64,000 nucleotides of DNA from assembly GCA_038891095.1 (NCBI GenBank), contig JAWAEV010000003.1, positions 31,629 to 95,628 on the forward strand, written 5' to 3'. The translations under genes were made by a program, and so were the position numbers. Source of the DNA: Candidatus Altiarchaeota archaeon (GTDB taxonomy: Archaea; Altiarchaeota; Altiarchaeia; IMC4; QMZM01). The notes under the pieces were generated by a model, which was given only the letters and a program-made list of their open reading frames with translations, was not told the origin of the DNA and searched no databases. Shown here in pieces: positions 59,196 through 64,000 of this stretch (positions are counted from its first letter, which is position 1; the number at the start of each line of letters is the position of its first letter).

Positions 59196-60551
59196 TTATA
59201 ACATCTCCAAATATCTCTCTATTTCCCAACTACTAACTTGAATGCGATAGTTATTCCATTCTTCTTCTTTTGCTTTTATTAAAAATTTATATACATGCTC
59301 ACCAATAGTCTCTTTCATAAGAGGGTCTTTTTTGAACTCACACATAGCGGCAATTAAATTCTCTGGTAAAGTATCAATTTTTAATTCATCTATCCTTTTA
59401 TCATCGAAATTATATACATCCTCCTCAACAGGTTCTGGAAGAGTAAATTTTTTCTTTATTCCATCTAAACCAGAAGATAACATAACTGAGAATGCGAGAT
59501 ATGGATTACAACTTGGGTCTGGACTTCTCAGTTCTATTCTTGTTGATTTCTCCCTTCCAGGGGAGCAACGAGGAATTCTTATCAATGCAGAGCGATTTAT
59601 TTGAGCCCAGCAAATGTAAACAGGAGCTTCAAATCCAGAGACTAATCTTTTATATGAATTTACTATCGGATTCAAAATAAATGTCATTGCCTTTATATGA
59701 TGTATTTGACCTGCCATGAAATTATATGCTAATTCAGATAGTTTGTATTTATCTTTTTTTTCATAGAATACATTTTCATCCCTCAAATTGAATAGAGATT
59801 GATGTATATGCATTCCAGAGCCAGGTTTACCAAATATTGGTTTTGGCATAAATGATGCATACAAGCCATACATTGATGAAATTGCCTTAACAGTGTACTT
59901 AAAGGTAATTGCTTTATCTGCCATTTTTAATGCTTCATCATATCTTATATCAATTTCATGCTGACCAGGACCAACTTCATGATGAGCCATCTCAACTTCT
60001 ATACCAAGATCATTAAGTGCAAGAGAAATATCCCTCCTTACATCTGATGCTAAATCTAAAGGAGAGAAATCAAAATATGAACCAGTATCATGTGGTACTG
60101 ATGCAATATTTGAATTTTCTTTTCTGAATAGATAAAACTCAATTTCAGGTCCGACATTATAGATAAAGCCAATTTTTTTTGCTTTTTCAATTGTTCTCTT
60201 GAGAATAAATCTAGGATCTCCTTCAAATTGCTTTCCTGAATTATCATAGATATCACATATAATCCTTGCAACAGCATTCTCTTTTGATCTCCATGGAAGT
60301 AAAGCGAATGTTGATAAATCAGGTTTTAAATACATATCTGACTCATAAATTCTTGCAAAACCCTGTATCGAAGAGCCATCAAACCATACTCCTTTCTCAA
60401 TAGCTTCAGATAATTCTTTTACTGGAATAGTAACGGATTTTACAGTTCCGAGGATATCTGTAAATTGCAGTTTTACAAACTTTACACCCATCTTCTTTAT
60501 CAGCTCAAAAACATTTGCCTTCTTTCTTTCATTATACTCTTCTTTTTCCAT
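59196..60551 (-). CDS. glnA: Glutamine synthetase type I
   Basis: FDGSSI.GF, HHEV.PGQHEI, FMPKP..G..GSGMH.HQS, NRSALIR, E.RSPD...NPY. Confidence 0.97.
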   Translation of the reverse strand: MEKEEYNERKKANVFELIKKMGVKFVKLQFTDILGTVKSVTIPVKELSEAIEKGVWFDGSSIQGFARIYESDMYLKPDLSTFALLPWRSKENAVARIICDIYDNSGKQFEGDPRFILKRTIEKAKKIGFIYNVGPEIEFYLFRKENSNIASVPHDTGSYFDFSPLDLASDVRRDISLALNDLGIEVEMAHHEVGPGQHEIDIRYDEALKMADKAITFKYTVKAISSMYGLYASFMPKPIFGKPGSGMHIHQSLFNLRDENVFYEKKDKYKLSELAYNFMAGQIHHIKAMTFILNPIVNSYKRLVSGFEAPVYICWAQINRSALIRIPRCSPGREKSTRIELRSPDPSCNPYLAFSVMLSSGLDGIKKKFTLPEPVEEDVYNFDDKRIDELKIDTLPENLIAAMCEFKKDPLMKETIGEHVYKFLIKAKEEEWNNYRIQVSSWEIERYLEML

Positions 60552-60709
60552 TTTATTTTAAATGTTTATAAAAAAATATTTTATATATCTAAATTTATAA
60601 TTAAAATTAAATAAAATAAATAAATAAAAATTGATTATTTATAAAATTTTTTATATAAATATTAAATAAAATATCTCTATGATTTAGAAATAAAAGGCAA
60701 TTTATAAAT
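60552..60709. promoter_or_regulatory. Divergent glnA / Lrp promoter region, extremely AT-rich
   Basis: About 10 G/C in 158 nt by my count; several TTTATA/TATAAA boxes on both strands. Confidence 0.55.
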
Positions 60710-61162
60710 ATGAAAATGAAAATTGACGAGCTTGATATAAAGATTTTGCGTGAGTTGAAAAAGGATGCACGACAAAGCTTTTATGATTTAGCTTCAAAGC
60801 TTAATGTCTCAGAAGGAACAATTTACAATAGAGTCAGTAAACTTCAGGATGCAAAAATCATTAGCAACTATTCTGCAATGATTGATTTTTCAAAATTAGG
60901 TTATGATATCTCAGTAGTCATTGGAATTTCTGTTGAAGGCAATCATCTTGTTGATGTTGAGAAAAAAATTGCAAAAGAAAAAAATGTCTCTGCTGTTTAT
61001 GATGTCACAGGTGAGTATGATGCTTTAGTTATAGCAAAATTTAAAACGAGGGCCGAATTGGATAAATTTATAAAAAAATTACTAAGCACAAAACATGTAA
61101 AAAGAACTTACACAATGCTAATTCTAAATGTTGTAAAAGATATTAATGGAGTTGAATTTTAA
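60710..61162 (+). CDS. Lrp/AsnC family transcriptional regulator
   Basis: DELD.KIL.EL..DAR.S...LA..L.VS..T...RV..L, YDVTGEYD RAM domain. Confidence 0.95.
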   Translation: MKMKIDELDIKILRELKKDARQSFYDLASKLNVSEGTIYNRVSKLQDAKIISNYSAMIDFSKLGYDISVVIGISVEGNHLVDVEKKIAKEKNVSAVYDVTGEYDALVIAKFKTRAELDKFIKKLLSTKHVKRTYTMLILNVVKDINGVEF

Positions 61163-61166
61163 TTAT

Positions 61167-62036
61167 ATGGCTAAAAAAATTGAAGAAGAGCTACTTGAGC
61201 TTATTGAAAGCTCTGTGAAACTCTCTTGCAGAAATGAAAAGAAAATTGGAGTTGTTTTTTCTGCTGGTTTAGATTCGACAATAATTGCCTTTCTTGCAAG
61301 TAAATTTGCAGAAGTTAATGCATATACTGTTGGAGAGAAAAATTCAGAAGATATTAAGTATGCAAATGAAATAAAGAAAATAAATCCAAATGTAAATTTA
61401 AATTTTATCATAAAGGAAATTAAAACAGAAGATGTTAAGGAAATTCTGCCAAAAATTTTAAATTTAATTAATGAACCCAAACCATTACAAATTAGTTGTG
61501 CCATACCTGTTTATATCGCAGCAAATGAGGCAAAAAAAGATGGTATAAATTTAATGCTCAGTGGTCAAGGTGGAGATGAACTTTTTTTAGGATATTACAG
61601 ATATCTGCAATACATAAATGATAAAGAAAAAATCTTTGATGTTATGAGAAGAGACATAGAGTGTGCTTATGCTGATAACTTAAATAGGGATATAACAATG
61701 TGTAAACTGAATGGAGTTGAATTAGCATTCCCTTATATGAACAAAAAACTTGTTGAATTTGCAATGAAAATCCCAGTTGAATTAAAAATAAAAGAACTTT
61801 TTGCTGATGAAGCTTATGAAGAGTTTTCATGCGTTGATAACCTAAATGGAAAAAAATTTATTAGGAAGTATATACTGAGAAAAATTGCAAAGGAGATTGG
61901 TATCCCTAAATTTATAATAAACAGAAAGAAAAAAGCATTGCAGTATGGCTCTAAATCAATGAAAATTCTAAAAATTATAGCAAAAGAGAACGGTTATTCC
62001 ACTATATATGACTATCTTAACTCTATCAAGAGTTAA
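61167..62036 (+). CDS. Asparagine synthetase C-terminal (synthetase) domain only
   Basis: FSAGLDS PP-loop, SGQGGDELF.GY, NL.RD, K.ILR, K.ALQYGS; no N-terminal glutaminase domain; start 61167 or 61146. Confidence 0.88.
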   Translation: MAKKIEEELLELIESSVKLSCRNEKKIGVVFSAGLDSTIIAFLASKFAEVNAYTVGEKNSEDIKYANEIKKINPNVNLNFIIKEIKTEDVKEILPKILNLINEPKPLQISCAIPVYIAANEAKKDGINLMLSGQGGDELFLGYYRYLQYINDKEKIFDVMRRDIECAYADNLNRDITMCKLNGVELAFPYMNKKLVEFAMKIPVELKIKELFADEAYEEFSCVDNLNGKKFIRKYILRKIAKEIGIPKFIINRKKKALQYGSKSMKILKIIAKENGYSTIYDYLNSIKS

Positions 62037-63156
62037 TTTCAACTTTTAAAATTCCTTTATCAAAATTCTTTATAGTTACATTATCAACTTTAACTCCAAT
62101 TAGAGTTTCTTTATTCTTTGTTTTTTTTGCTAATTCTAAAATTTTTTCTATCGAAGTTAAATTTTGGTATATAGCATTTGCAATCTTTACTTTTTCTTCC
62201 ACTTTTTTTTCTGTTGTGCTAAGTGCTATTTCCTGCTCTTCTTTTATTCTCTGTAATCTCTTTAGCTCTGAAATTAATTTCTCTTTAAGATCCATCTTTA
62301 CTTTTTCTTCATTTAATTTTGCAAAGTATTCATCGACTGCTTCATTAAAATTTTCAAAATATTTCTTTTCATAATTTCTGTAAATTTCCATATCGAATGG
62401 AACTACATCTATAAAATTTTCTTTATCGAGAACTATGGATGGTTTTTTCTTTTCTATACCAGTTTTAATGATCTCCATCATTTTTTCATAAATTTTTTTC
62501 CGTTTATTCTCGTCAATTTCATTAGCAATAACCTCTTTATCTATATTAGAAGTAAGACAAACTTCTTCTGCGATATTGTTACCTAAATTCACTTCACTTA
62601 CTAATGTTGCAACTATTGTTTTTTTCGAAACAGATAATATCTTTTCAAATTCTTGAAAATTTAAATTGAAAGGATTTAAAGTTTTTGGCGGATATTCGTA
62701 AGTTAAGTTAATATCCAGAGTTCTATCTCTCCATCTCCGCTTTTCAAAAAGAGAGACAATTTTTTTATTTTCATCACAAAGGATAAAATTACCTTTTGAA
62801 AATAATTCAGCAACCAATATATACTTCTCCTTCTTTTGAATTATGAATTCTAAAATTCTGTCAAAATTGTGTTGTTTAATTTCTTTTATAGTAGTGCCCT
62901 TAAGTTTTTTTCTGAGTTGTAAAATAAAAGGTGATTGCTCAGGAAATTTTTCAGAGTAAAATTTTCTTTTTGTCTTTGTAATACAAAAGTAGTTTGGCAT
63001 CAGTATTAATTCACCAGAATTTTTTTTTGAGTACACTTTTAATTTTAAACCTCTTTCATCTAAACATTGAATTTTTTGTATTTTTGACCCTGGCAGAAAA
63101 TCTCTTAATTCATTAACTAAGGTATAGATATCAAATGCAGAAAGTTGAGTTTTCAT
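62026..63156 (-). CDS. NFACT/RqcH (Rqc2)-like protein, N-terminal half only
   Basis: SAFD, F...LRK.L.G, Q..FDRI, ELFS.GN.IL.D, R.....Y.YP, LG...AEEVC, F.EA.DEYF; no NFACT-R domain. Confidence 0.88.
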   Translation of the reverse strand: MKTQLSAFDIYTLVNELRDFLPGSKIQKIQCLDERGLKLKVYSKKNSGELILMPNYFCITKTKRKFYSEKFPEQSPFILQLRKKLKGTTIKEIKQHNFDRILEFIIQKKEKYILVAELFSKGNFILCDENKKIVSLFEKRRWRDRTLDINLTYEYPPKTLNPFNLNFQEFEKILSVSKKTIVATLVSEVNLGNNIAEEVCLTSNIDKEVIANEIDENKRKKIYEKMMEIIKTGIEKKKPSIVLDKENFIDVVPFDMEIYRNYEKKYFENFNEAVDEYFAKLNEEKVKMDLKEKLISELKRLQRIKEEQEIALSTTEKKVEEKVKIANAIYQNLTSIEKILELAKKTKNKETLIGVKVDNVTIKNFDKGILKVEINS

Positions 63157-63160
63157 CTCA

Positions 63161-64000
63161 TTATTGTTGCTCAAATTTTCTTGTTATCATCTCCTCAAGC
63201 TTTCTCTCTAATTCACTTTTCCTTTTTGCTACCTCTTCTAAAGCCTTCTTTAAGTTCTCTTCTTTTATGATTAGTCCCTCTTTTTTTCTTTCCATCCTTA
63301 TTTTCAATTCCTTACTTTTCTCCTCAGTAACTTTCTTCTCATCATCTATCTCTGCTATCTTCTCTTCTAAATTTTTTATTTCTTCATTAATTGATAAAAT
63401 TTCCGGTCTCAGATCTTGAATTTCTTTGTTTGATAATAGAAAGTCATTATCTAATTCAGTTAATAACTTTTCCAGTTTATTTTCTTCTTCAATTAGGGAG
63501 TTTAGATTTCGTGTTAATTCTTCCTTCTGTTTATCCATAGAAACTATTTTTTCATTTAGTTCATTTTTCTGTTCTAATAATTTTTTCTTTTTCAACTCAA
63601 ATTTTTCTTTTTGCTCTTTCAACTTCTCAATTTCTCCTTCATGAGCTTTCTTAGCATTTTCAATCTCCTTCTCCCTTTCTAACAAAGAAGAAATCTCCTT
63701 CTCGACATTAGAAAGCTTCATATCAAGTTTTTCAACTTCTTCTCTAGCACTTTGAGATTCTTTCTCAAGTTCCTTAAGTTCTGAATTTAAAGATAAATAA
63801 GCCTTATTTAACTCAGAAAAGCTCTCTTTTATCTCTGCCCTTCTTTCATTTACTTCCTTCACTTTTTGCTGTACCTCTTGTTGTTTCTTAAGCAACTCCT
63901 CTCTCTTCTTGTTTAGCATTAACTTTTGCTCTTTCAACTTCTCAATTTCTCCTTCATGAGCTTTCTTAGCATTTTCAATCTCCTTCTCCCTTTCTAACAA
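63161..64000 (-). CDS. Long coiled-coil protein, C-terminal part; truncated by window edge
   Basis: Continuous E/K/L heptad-like ORF open to the window end. Confidence 0.8.
   Translation of the reverse strand: MLEREKEIENAKKAHEGEIEKLKEQKLMLNKKREELLKKQQEVQQKVKEVNERRAEIKESFSELNKAYLSLNSELKELEKESQSAREEVEKLDMKLSNVEKEISSLLEREKEIENAKKAHEGEIEKLKEQKEKFELKKKKLLEQKNELNEKIVSMDKQKEELTRNLNSLIEEENKLEKLLTELDNDFLLSNKEIQDLRPEILSINEEIKNLEEKIAEIDDEKKVTEEKSKELKIRMERKKEGLIIKEENLKKALEEVAKRKSELERKLEEMITRKFEQQ
63609..64000. repeat. Exact 77-nt intragenic direct repeat, period 315 nt
   Basis: 63609-63685 is identical to 63924-64000 (LLEREKEIENAKKAHEGEIEKLKEQK). Confidence 0.92.

Noticed and set aside
60552-60709. AT-rich tract as a replication origin unwinding element
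   Set aside because: No ORB repeats or cdc6/orc1 nearby; adequately explained as a divergent promoter
80-63644. Numerous short ORF-track entries antisense to or nested in real genes (e.g. 80-298, 9413-9871, 21544-21957, 33288-33785, 56112-56588)
   Set aside because: Shadow ORFs of well-supported genes with no recognisable motifs

Overview
AT-rich (roughly 30% GC by eye), gene-dense archaeal chromosome segment. It carries archaeal DnaG, GatD, GatC, Topo VI A/B, TiaS, SRP54, L40e, MCM, RadA, LonB, Kae1, aIF2-gamma, class I CCA enzyme and GGGP synthase. The mix of biosynthetic genes (HMG-CoA synthase/thiolase/DUF35, PurD, GlnA, GltB-like, dihydropteroate-synthase-like) with many Thr-stalked, Cys-rich surface proteins suggests a DPANN-affiliated, possibly Altiarchaeota-like, organism (inference). 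I found three tRNAs: initiator Met, plus Arg-UCU and Arg-GCG, each Arg tRNA with a 37/38 intron. I also found three CDSs missing from the ORF track: partial dnaG, a COG2888 zinc finger and rpl40e. I saw no CRISPR array, IS element, integrase or intein. The most unusual signals are: (1) a secreted Cys-rich protein whose divergent modules are joined by near-identical 45-56 nt DNA junctions, ending in a PSI-like domain and encoded next to a membrane-anchored FG-GAP beta-propeller/TPR protein; (2) an unassigned GC-clamped structured element at 9963-10039; (3) a 121-nt stem-loop in the putative dnaG leader; (4) a VirB2/TrbC-like pilin fused to an M64 protease; (5) a single-polypeptide restriction-modification gene sitting inside an ArsR-thioredoxin-ArsP operon. 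All assignments come from motif recognition by eye; no searches were run.
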